Made by a program: the position numbers and the translations under genes. Below are positions 32,542 to 44,500 of a DNA stretch of 64,000 nt, piece by piece (the stretch's first letter is position 1; each line of letters opens with the position of its first letter). The stretch is from Podarcis bocagei (taxonomy: Eukaryota). Where the stretch lies: assembly GCA_964188305.1 (NCBI GenBank), contig OZ076892.1. One strand, 5' to 3'. The notes beneath the pieces are model-generated. The model was not told the origin of the DNA. It saw only the letters and a program-made list of their open reading frames with translations, and searched no databases.

Positions 32542-35500
32542 CTGAAAATTGGAGGAGGCAGGAATACATTGTTAAGACATGCATTTCATAAAGCTAGGAA
32601 CCTCTCCTAATGTTCCTGATGCACAAACCTACATTCCAGTCTTTGTAAATAAGCACCTTTCAGTGAAAAAGCAAATTGGTATACCATTAAAGGTAAGGCA
32701 TTCTTATAAACCTAGGAAGCTACAAATCACAGAACATAGGGTCTATTCAGGGAAATTTAATTGATTCTGTAGGATCCCCAGAACATCTGTTTCCTTAAAA
32801 AAAGCTTTCTAGACCTTACATTTACATAGAGGCAGTGGTCAAAATGGGATGGGGTGGCATTCCAATTCTTTTTAGAAAGACAAAATGGAGCCCAGCTAAC
32901 CATCCCACTTCTTCTACTCATGCGTTAGGGAAAAATACACCTGAGAAGTGGCATTGGCTGGGGCTTCCTATTGGGCCTGTGTTGGTGACACACTGAGTTT
33001 GCTTCATAATGTGTGGAGTGGCCCTGAGGTTAAGCCTTTCATCACATCTGGTGAGCCAAGGATCTATTGGGTCCTTATTGCCCACACAACTTTCCTGGCT
33101 GTTGGGAGTCCTCCTTCTCGACTAAATGCTGTTTGTGTTTCTAAATTCTGCAAATGGTCTTATATAGTACCTGATGACCCCATGTTTTCAAATGATTCAT
33201 TTCCATACCTGCCAAATCTTCGAGCCCTTTGAGAGGGAGGGCCACTGTCTCCAAGCGCTTCTTCAGCTCATCCTTCAGGTACTGCTCCCCAATGAGGACT
33301 GAGAGCTCATCACATAGGGCCTGAGCCTCCGTGATCTCCTCTTCCAGCTGTGCCAGGTTGGACCGGATTTCACTCGTTTCTTCCAGCTGCTGCTTCACAG
33401 CCTCCGGCTGGGTGCTGATGGTGGACTGGGTGCTCAGGCACTGCCCAGCAGCCTTCACCTTCTCAGACAGGCCCTGGAGCAGCTCTTGGTACTGGGTGCT
33501 CTTGACAATGGCCTGGTCGATTTGGCTGGAGCGTGAGTTGAGCCTCTCTGTGAGTTCAGTCCACTTCTGGTTGACAGCCTGGAGCTCCTCCTGCATGTTA
33601 CTGATGGATGGAGACCCTTCGCTGGGGCTGGTGAGTATCCCTTGCGCAGCCTCATTCAGCTGATCATACTGGGGCTTGCGGGACTCAAACTCCTTCAGCA
33701 TAAACTAAAATGGGGGAGGGTGGTAGAGAAACAATGCATAGGTTTTTTAATGAGAGACCAAGATGGTTAAAAAAAAAGATGAAAGAAGCCAAGGAGAATG
33801 CAACCATAGCACTGTCAGTCTTGGTTGCATAATAAAACACTTTTTTTAAAGCACCAAAAGAATGGCTGCCTTCTTTTTTTTTTAATATAATTTTTATTAA
33901 CAGGCCAATCAAATCACATTAATTCCAAATCACATTAATTCCAAATTATACAGCCAGATTTTTAAATTTTTGTTGGGGGTACCCATACATCAAGCTCCGA
34001 AAGGGGACCAAGAATGGCTGCCTTCCTAAACCTGATGAAAATAATGACTTCATGTTACTACTGGGCCATTTACTATTATATACTGGCATTAACAGCCCGG
34101 GACCAGTTTACTTATAGGATCACCCTATATATGCCCACTCAGCTGCTTCGAACTGTGGAACTGATACTGTTACAAGTGCCGCATAATGCTCATTCTGCAA
34201 TAAATCAATTTTTAGAGTGGCAGCACTTACACTTTGAAATTCCCTGCCCATTGACATCAGGCTGTACAATTTCTGGTGCCTCCTTACTTGCTTTTAACTG
34301 CTTTTATTGATAACTTTAATGTTTCTTTTAATTTTTGTAAAACCACTTAGGAGGTGCTTTGTTTTTTACAATCAAGCAGCACATATGTGATGTGATGTAA
34401 GCAATGCCTTTCCTGAGAATATCAGTGGTTTCCAAACTTCCCATTTTCACATTAATTAATCTGAGAACACGTTCTACCCCTCAATACACTGCAAAGGATT
34501 CTAGGGCGGAGGTGGACTTCAGGCTTGTTGGATCTAATCTGTTTTTTCACCAGAACCCCAAGATCTACCAATGAGAGCCGGGTGCAAAAGACATGCAGGG
34601 TGCCTCCAGACATTCCCTATTTGGGGCATTTAAAGTGGATTAAAGGGTTCAGTCACCCAAGTGCAACAAATCCATTTTTTACACAAACTCCAATTTATAA
34701 AACAAGTCCCACTTTGCAGCACAGAAAATGATGGGGAAAACTGTGGGATGAATGATTGACTAAGAGGAAGATGTATAAACCCCCTGGAAGCAAATCAGGG
34801 TGAATGCAGAAGAAATGCTAAATGGCATATATACAAATAAATCAGAAGGAGTACACAATGAAGACCAGACATAGTTGAACCACGATGTAAACAAATTAAT
34901 ATGAGTGCTGAATAAATAGAATGTCTGGAGGAGCCCATGGTTAGAATTAAATACCAGGGTGCCTCTGAGCTTATTCTTTTCCGAGCTCAGTCCTTTTGCA
35001 CAAAAAATCCACTCCCTGTTAGCCATCTCCATTTCAGCAGCCTAAATTAGGTGAGAAAAGTCATTTTGTTGTTGCTAATGTTGAACAACTGAGAGATCAA
35101 CCAGTTGCTGACCCCTGTTCCAGGACACACTCTTGGTTCTTGCAAGTGCTCCAGATAGCCTCACATGACCCGAGTGGATCCTGGAGCACACCTAACATTT
35201 CCCTGAGAGTGCACACTGGAAGGTAAGTGGTAAACGAAAGCTTGCCTGCCATGCCTGATTTGATTCTGAATGAGAAACCCCTGATAAGCTTCCAAGGAAG
35301 TCCAAGGCTCCTTGGAAAGCTGAGGTCTGAGCAATGAGGCAGCCAAAGATGAACTGTCCTCTTCATTGAGGAAGATACATCCAATGAGCTGCAAAGGAAT
35401 GTGATGTCAGCTGATGAATCAATTAAACAAGTTAGTCTGCTGCAAGAGTTTAGGTTGGCTGACACACAACTAAAAGCATATTGAGTTGCTATAAACCATC

Positions 35501-38500
35501 TGTAGAGTTTCTGGAAAGAAGCTGTGGGAAGTCAGCTTGAAACAGGATTTCAGCTTTAAAAAATGTCAGGGATGATGATGACATTCAAAAGACATTCCAC
35601 TCCCCTGCCTTATTTGTCCTGCTGCTGCTACAGTTCATATAAACAAGTTGCAGACTGAGAGTCAAACTGTATAAGCATGGAGATCTCCCGACAATCCTAC
35701 CCTCTCGAGCGTTTGACTGCCTACAGGCCTCTTCTTAGCAGCATGATTCATAATCCAAGGGAGAGGAAGGCAAATGCAAGAGATGGGCCTGCTGTTCAAT
35801 GAAACTAAGCATTTCTACACAAGCACCCCTTCTGTCAGGGCTAGTGATCTGGAGCTGGAAAGCAGGTAGGCAAGGACAGGCACCCTGTGCTGCTCAAACT
35901 GAAGAGCCAGGGGACGGGTGGAAATATATCAGCCCCTTGTACCAACTGATCATTGCTGGGCTAGAAGCTGCGATTGCTCAGGCCATCTGCAGTGGTGACA
36001 GTGCAGTGCAAAAGGTCAACAGTTCCCTCTCACTGGCAGATGACCAGCATGGTGCACTCTTTTAGTCACTTCCACCTGCATTGACCGCATACACTTTTCA
36101 ACCTGGTTGCATAAAATGCCTTTGCTGGCTTCTCACCTGAACTTGCTGCTTCTGTGCATTCAGCATGTTGGGATCGATGGAGAGTGGGCCCAGCACGCTC
36201 ATCATGAGCTCCTTCTCCATCAGCCAGGGACGCAGCTGGCCCTCAGCCACCTGGAAGCTGGCCAGCTCGCTGGCTGATTTCTCCAACTTCTGCTGGCGCT
36301 CTGCTGTCACCTGGTTGGCATGTGCCCACCTGGAATCTGAATGCCAGAAACACCATGACTGGGTACATTCCCTCCACAAAGGCTTCCACAGGACTCATTG
36401 GCTACGGGTGAATGCGGACCTCTAAGGGAATTTTTAGGACTTACCTGATCATGTATTTACAGCAGGAGTGGGAAAACTCAGGCCCGTGGGCCAAATGAGG
36501 CCAGGTCTCCCCTCTCCAGGTGACATGGGACCTAGGTGGTTGGGACATGTTCGTCACAGCATGTAGGCATGTGTGTTTGAATATGGGTGTGGTGTGAGTG
36601 TGGGGTGGCCTTGCCCTGTATGGCTAGAATGTGGCCCCCTGGAAGGTTAAGTCTGTCCCTCATGATTTAACTGAAGATACTGCAGACTGAACCCAAAATT
36701 TAACGCAGGTGCACACTGTGTCCTACCCCCACGCTAAGGGCTCCCCCTACCCACAAAATGAAGTGGTGCACCTGATCTCAGATGAATGGCAGAGCCTCCT
36801 CCATGAACTTTTGGAAAGATTCCACACAATGCTTTTCATGGGCCCAGTTCCTATGCAAACAGGGAGTGTCTTCTCTCAACAAACAGAGGTGGAACTGCTC
36901 TTAAAACTGCTCTTAAAAAGAAAAGTTTTCAGGGGAAAATTTTGGCAAATAAAGCAGTTTCAATATTCTTTTGCAAATATGAATTACAGTTTAAGCAAAC
37001 ATTTAAAATGTCAGGCTTCATCTTTCGTGGGGGTGGGAAATCACACAGCATTCCCCCAAAATAACAACAGTAAGACTGCAGTAGCTTGGGCAAGCTGACA
37101 GGCACAATCAGCTCTGACACTCATTCAAAAACCAGATCATGCTTTGTGCTAACTAACAATTTCTGGCTGCTTCAGAAATAAAATGTCATTATAAACTGGC
37201 CAGGACATGAGCCCGTTCTACCCAGATTTGGAGTGGGATGTGCAAGGGAAAGTCTGGAAAAGGAAACACAACCAAATATGAGGGTAAGGGAACTCTTGAC
37301 TATAAGGCATGCCCACAACTGCAGGCTTCAGAGTCTGCAACTGCTACACACTACTCAGGAGGGCCTTGTGCAACTCCATCTCTCCAGCCAGTGTGGATCC
37401 TCTGTTGCATGTAGAACAGGGAGTGGGGTGGAGAGAGACCATGCACTCAGTCTGGGAGGGGCAAGAGCTCCCAAATGGAAAGAGCTGCACATTCCAGTGG
37501 AATAATCCACTGGGCCAACCCTGTGGGAAATGAATGCACACCCACACACATGCACTTAGGATGGCCCCTTTTCTCACACCAAGGATAACTGCCTAAGACA
37601 CACCTCCTCTCTCAGCCTCTTCACACCCCCCCCCGATTGATGAACACACTTCTCTGCTTGCTGCACATGCTTTCTCCACTTAACTCTGTGATAGCCTGCT
37701 TTGTTCAGAAGCAGGATGTGCTGGCCTGCTTGCCACTGAAGAGGTTTATCTGATGACACCCCAAGAACGTCAGTAACACAATTTCTAAATGACTCCCCCT
37801 CCCCAGCCAGCACAAGCCATTTTGCTTCTACAGGCAAGGACAAGATGGCACCCCTCATTTCATACACAGATGCTGACTGGACTGGTAGCTGAATCTTATT
37901 TTGATACTGGTGATAGGACAGCATCATCCTGAGCGTAGCAGGCTTCTTTAGGGGGCACAAAGGAGGCTGCTGTCTGCCATCTCACTGCCATTCCCTGCCC
38001 TTCAGCATCTGCCATCTGAGGCAGCCAGCTCTCATTCACTTCCACAGCACTAGAGTTAAGAGAACTTTCTGGACCTTTGGCTTGCTTGTTATGCTTTCCA
38101 CACTTTTAATTTAGCCTACAGTCCTTTCCTGATTGCCATGGCACCACCCACCACACAGTCTATATTTCAGCTGAGCTCTGCTTTGCCTTTCTAGAACTGG
38201 CTCAGTCTTGCTCAGCCCCAGATGAGTTTCTCAGAGGTTTCTGGGTCACATACTTAAGTCCTCCAGCATCCGCTTCCAATTTCCTGCTTCTGGTGATTCG
38301 GGATATTTCTCCAGGAGTCCAGAAAGAGACTCTTTTGCTTTCTGGACTTTCACAGCGTTCTGCTCCAGCTCAGCCAGAAATGCCTACAGGGTCATGGGCG
38401 GGGAGGGGAGAGAGCCACAAGAGACAATTGCAATATTATTATTATTCTTAGAAACAGAATATGGTTTGTTTGTGGATCTGATGAAGCAGCAGAAATCTCA

Positions 38501-41500
38501 AGGTGTGGGGTGGACGGGTGTGTGGGAAGAAAAACAGCTGCCATTTCCAAGGGATTTAAGTGCCACATGCATTTCAAACTGGGCCTGTTCATGAAGGGCA
38601 GAATCTAGAAAATACTATAAAATAAGCACACTTTGAACTTTTCTGAAAAAGACAACACACCCAACAACACTTCCACTGATAACCAGAAATATATTACAGG
38701 CCATAATGTAAAGCCACATAATGAACTCTCAGGGCAAGTCAGTTTGAAAAATGCACAATAATTGTTCACAACACATAAAAATGGGTTTATAAATTCAGCT
38801 TTGTAAAGTATCACCAGTCAGATCAACTCTGACTGATTGCCAATCCTGAGAGACAGTACTTCATTCTCCACTTTTGTTAAGTCGGTTACAGTAGCAGATT
38901 TTCAAATTTGCACTCTCAGGGCTGCAAGGCCATCATCCAGTCAGCAATTAAGGGACATGTTATCTTTAAAATACATTAAAATACAAATACAAAATACAAA
39001 TACGTGGCTCTTCAGAAGTGTTTGTTAGCATTGAACCTTTTGTCTGCTTAGGGCCACACTATGTTATTTTGGCCAGGCCTTCCTCTTTGACAGATCAGAT
39101 GAACTTTGTTCCATGTCCGGTGTCAGGAATTTACCTTCTTTTCCTCAGATTACTGCAACACGTTGTAAGTATGGCTGCCTCTGAAGACAGTTCGGCAACT
39201 TCAGCTGGTGCAGAATTCAGCACCCAGGTTACTGACCAGGGTAGGATGATTTGAATATATTACAAAGATACTGGCCTGACTGTACTAGCTGCCAGTTAGT
39301 TTTGGGGCCCAATTAAAAGTGCTGCTTTTGACCTATAAAGCCTAAACGACTCAGGACCGCAATACCTCCAGGACTGCCTCTCTTCGTATGAAGCTAACTG
39401 GGCCCTGAGATCACCATCTGGGGCCCTACCTCATGTGCCTCCTCCATGAGAGGAACGGAGGGTGGGAGCACAAGAACAGGCCTTTTTTTGCAGTGGCTCT
39501 CTGCTTGTGGAATGCTCTCCCCAGGGAGGCTCACCTGGCGCCTTCATTATACACCTTTAGACGCCAGGAGAAAACAATCCTCCTCAACCAGGCCTTCGGC
39601 TGATTACACCCAATGCCCTTTTTAATGTGTTGTGGGTGGTGGATACTTAGTTTGCTCTTGCTTTTATTATGCATTTTGTATTTTTTGGGGGTCTTGCATT
39701 TTTATGTTGTGAACTGCCCTGAGATCTGTGGATGGAGGGCGGCCTACCAACTTAAATGATTAAATGATAAAATAAAAACACTTTCCCTTCTGCACTCCCT
39801 TTTTAATGCTACGTCTGGGGCTCTGCTTACTTTTTTTGATTGCGCATAAAGGCCTTAAACCGCCTGTGGTTGTCACGGTGCAACTAGATTCTTGCCTTTA
39901 AGCTCAGTGGCTGGCCATGCACCAGCACCAACAGTTAGATCAGCCTTATAAAAGAGAACCTCCTGTGCCAGATCTATAAAAATGACCACTTCCAAATTGC
40001 GTATCTTTGTCATATCCCCCCCCCCCCGAAAGCTATTTCATATATGGACGTTCTCCCCTTATATTATCACAAACTGCTGCAAACAAGGTGAGGAAGCAGG
40101 ATATCAAGGTATGTATGAAAAACAATAGGAACCTTGTTATGGTCCGCCTGAGCCCTCATCGTCTCTGACTTGGTAGGTGAGGAGGAAGCTTCCAGTGCGG
40201 TCAAGGCTCGCTCCTTTGACTCCAGCCACTTCAGCACGGAGCCCACCTCCTCCTGGACATCTCTCATCTTGGCCAACATGGAGGACAGCTGCTCCTGGTG
40301 CCCCCGTAAGGTGGCACCAAGCCCCTCATACTGCTGGTTGACATCTGACACGTCACACTGGATCTCTGTCAAATCTAAACAAAACAAACAAAAAAAGAGG
40401 GGGAGGGCTGAATCTGAGCCAGAGAAATGATTTCATTTCCATATTGATGGTAATATAAAGATAAAAAGTTAGAGATGGGTTCATATGGACAAAGACAGGA
40501 CACCTAAGCAGATCAGCTGAGGTGATTCCAGGGGTACCTGTGCGGTTGTACCTGTGCGGTTCATAGGCACACTATACATACAAATGTGTGGTTTCCATAC
40601 ATTCTGATGGAAGGCAGGGCCAATGAAGTCACAGGAAATGCCAAGTTATTCGCCATGCATTTGAGAACAGACCAGACATGAGTTCCAAAAGGCACTTGAA
40701 ATAAGCAAGTCTTCTCTACCCTGGTGCCCTCCATGTGTTTTAGCCAACAACTCCCATGAGCCCCAGTTGCATGTAGTCCAGCAACAGGTTGTGGGGAGGC
40801 TGTTCTAAACCCTCTCCCAAAATATTCACCTCAGACAGAAAAACCTTTTGCTCTTATTCTGCAAGTTCTCAGTATTTGCTCTGACTCCCACCATCTTGGC
40901 CTGAGGAGCAGCAGACAGGCCTCACAATTTGGTTTGAGGTGAAGCAGCCAGAGTGTTGTGAGAAGGTATCCTCCTTGGACACCAGGTGAGGCTTGGGAGG
41001 GGGTGGGAAAGGACCCTTGCAAAGCTTTTACTCTGCAGCATGCCCTCTCCCCTCCCCACAGTTCAAACAGAGGTGACACATGCTCTGGGGTTAGAGCATC
41101 ACCTTCTTTTCTCCAGCTGCTTTATACCAAGTCAGACCATTGGTCCAGCTCACTCAGTGTTGCTTGGACTGACTGACAGCAGCTCTCCAGGGTTTCTGAC
41201 AGAGGACTTTCCCACCTGGAGATGCTGGGGATTGAACCTGGGCAGGTGCTCTACCAGTAATATTTTGTCTTGAATACAGGGGACAACAGTGGGCACCCAA
41301 ACACAATCTCCATCCATAAGGGATAGAGGATGCATCGGAATACCAGCTGCTGGGAATCACAAGACAGTAGGAGAGAGCTGCTGCTATACTCAAGTCCTGC
41401 TTGCGGGATTCCCACTGGGGCATCTGCTTGGCCACTGTGAGAACAGAGGGCTGGACTCGATGGGTCCCCTATGGCCTGATCCAGCAGCCAGGCTCTTCTT

Positions 41501-44500
41501 CAGGGCAACTAGCAACATGTGCCTCGGCCTTACCAACTTCCCTGTTAGTTTGAGAGAACAACAGGACAACACCAGCCACAGGACACAACTCACACAAGCA
41601 CGCACAACAGTCTGGGCTCTCTCACCTTTGCAGGTGTGATATCCATTAATGCTGCCTACAGAACTTCCCCCAGCGGGCAGCACAGAACCTGAGCAAAACA
41701 ACAGGGAGACAAGACAAAACGACAGAGACAAAACATGTTAGAAATACGGGTGTCTGAAAACACATGTAAGCGGTGCCCTTTGCAGCCATAATACAGCCCT
41801 TTCTAGGAGGCCACGAAGGGGCTATGTGCAAATAGAGACCAACATCTGAGAGGGGATGTTGATGTTTTAAAGCATCCACAGGACAGCTTCAGCAGCATCA
41901 AAGTGGTAGCCCAAACTTTTGAAAACACTGGGTCCCAAAGTAGGCGATACTGCCCTGGGAGCAGGATTGCTTAGTGGGGTGCCAAGAGGCAAATGGGTGG
42001 GGGGTGAGGGGGACGCTGGAGGTGCAAATGACTACCAAACATTGAAAAGCTGGCATTACTGGATCAAGTTCATTAATTTTGTTGAATTAATTAAACTAAA
42101 TAGATTTAATTGGATTTTGATTACATGTGCAATTAATTGTTCCTGTTTTGAATTTTATTGTGCTATTAGTGGGTTGTGTAAACTGCTATTCTGAATAATG
42201 CTTTTTATAAGGTAGGGTACAGGGCACTGAGGATGAGTTTATGGAGTCAAGGGGGCAGTGGCCCAAAAAGGTGTGGGAACCATTGTTGTAATATGGTTAG
42301 AAATAACTCATTATACTTCTGCAGTGATTGCTGGTGTGGAAGCTCGTTAGCACATTTTTTGCTGTGGGTGTTTCATCTGGGGGGGGGGGCGTTTCCATGG
42401 AGATTGTCTATTGCGACAACCTGACTTCTGCTGGATCCTCACCCAAGTGCAACTCTACCAGCTTGTTTCCGGCAGCCCCCAATACCAAACAAAAGGCCCT
42501 CATTTCCACTGATGGCCGAATGCCTGGTTCAGAGGAGATATTCTCTCAAAAGCTCTGCAAGCAAGAGACTGTGATTGTAGTACACATATCAGCCTAAAGA
42601 ATCCATAATAACAATGTAGAACTCTTGCACAATACCTTTTTATCGCCCTTGCATAAGACTTTTTGGTTTAAAACAAAACAAACAAACAAACAAAAAACAG
42701 ATGGAGATGAATATTTCTCCCCACAAGACAAAAAAGCACAAGCCTCCATTATGCCCATTGCAAAATATGAAAACTGGCTGAAAACATTTGCTCTAGTGCA
42801 CTTCCCAGTTTGTTGTTCGTTTTTAATTAAAGTTGTGCACTGGTACAAAAATATCGCCACACATGCCCAAATGTGGGCCATTTCACGGAACCTCTCTATG
42901 ATAAAGGCTGTGTGTAAATAAAATCCCAACCCCAAAGGTGGTTCATTGTTGTCTCAGTAGCCGGTAGTGACATGTCACAACCTTAGCTTTGGGTGTTTGC
43001 CTGAAGCTCAGTTCCTTGTTGTTGCCTGGGTAACAACAAGGAAGACACCAAAGAACAATCTCCATGAAGTCATGTGGCTTGGTGCTGCAGCAGGAAGTAA
43101 TCCTGTCACCTGGGAAACCAGTGTGACTGACCTTTGCATATATTAACGCTGTAAAGTGCGGAGCCAACAACACAAAAGCAGTATTTGGGTGGCTATTATG
43201 TTGCCCAATTCATGCACAAACTGAGCCACAATTCATTTTAGAATGATGGATGTGATTGGGAGAAAAAAGCCTCAGCATAAACAAAATTAGCACAGCACAA
43301 GACCACACAGCTTTCTCAATACTTCTTCCCCCACATTTTACTGAGTCCTGGGAACCAAATACCAGGGGGGGCTATATATGGTTCAGAGAACAGGAGGGCA
43401 GAGGTCTAATAAACCCCCAAGATCTACTAACAGACCCAGGTGCAAAAGACACACCATCAGTGGCGTAGCGTGGGTTGTCAGCACCCGGGGCAAGGCAAGT
43501 AATTTGCGCCCCCTAACCCGTGGATTTGCGCCCCCTAACCCTAACCCCCAGATGTTGCGCCCGGTGCGGCCGGCCCCCCCTGCACCCCCCACGCTACGCC
43601 ACTGCACACCGTGAGACCAAAAGAGAAGCATATTCTGAGCTAAGGAATTTGCTTTCAGATCAAAGGCTGAACTGAGTTCACAGTCCTAGTTGCCACAAGC
43701 ACAGCAATTCAGACAAAGGGCATGTCCAGGACTCTGTCTGCTCGGGTCTTGTGGGTTCACTGGAACAGAGGAAGCTACCTTATAGAAAGCCAGACCATTG
43801 GTCCATCAGCGGGCTTTCTGTGGTTTCAGGCAGGAGCGTTTCATAAACCCTCCCTGGAGACACCAGAGATTAAAAATGGGACCTTCCGCACACTAAGCAT
43901 TTATTTAGTTATTTTAATTTATATACTGCCCTTCTCCCATAGATCTCAACTTGATTCACACAAAGCATGTGCTCTACCACTGAGCAGCAGTCAGCTGCTG
44001 CAACCTGAAGATTCAGACAAGGGGCGTGTAGAGGTGTGGCCTACGTCATGCTTGCTCATCCCTTGCCCTTCATGGATAATTACATCTAGGAGAAGAAGAA
44101 AATGAACTGCCTGCATCCAGGTGGCAATTGATGGCTTTTAGGAGAGAAGGTCTCTTGAAAACCAAAGTCACCTTAGGCCTCAAGGATGGATAACACCTGT
44201 TAGACAGGAGGGAACATCCTCTTCCTGAGCAAGGTGCTTGAGCAGATGGTGGCCACACAACTGCCACATTTGAGTATTATTTAGCTGTTAATCCACTCCC
44301 CCACCTCATTCAAATCAGAGCAGAGTGGTCCACACCAGCACACATTTGAATTTGTACTTGAGGAACAACTTCAGTCATCCCCATTCATACCCAAAAGGCA
44401 TTCCCTTTTGTGGTCATCCCTGCCTTCTAATTTGTTGATTCTATTATGCTAATTAAGTACCAACAGGGCATGTTGCTAATAGCTGCATGGACACCATGTT

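Noticed and set aside
36439-36447. Perfect CAG|GTAAGT donor about 110 nt upstream of an exon
   Set aside because: No matching acceptor or open exon found; adjacent to a repeat fragment
42421-42593. Possible extra MACF1 exon (tctttag| ... cag|gttgtc)
   Set aside because: Immediate stop in the required phase 1, weak donor, no homology to MACF1
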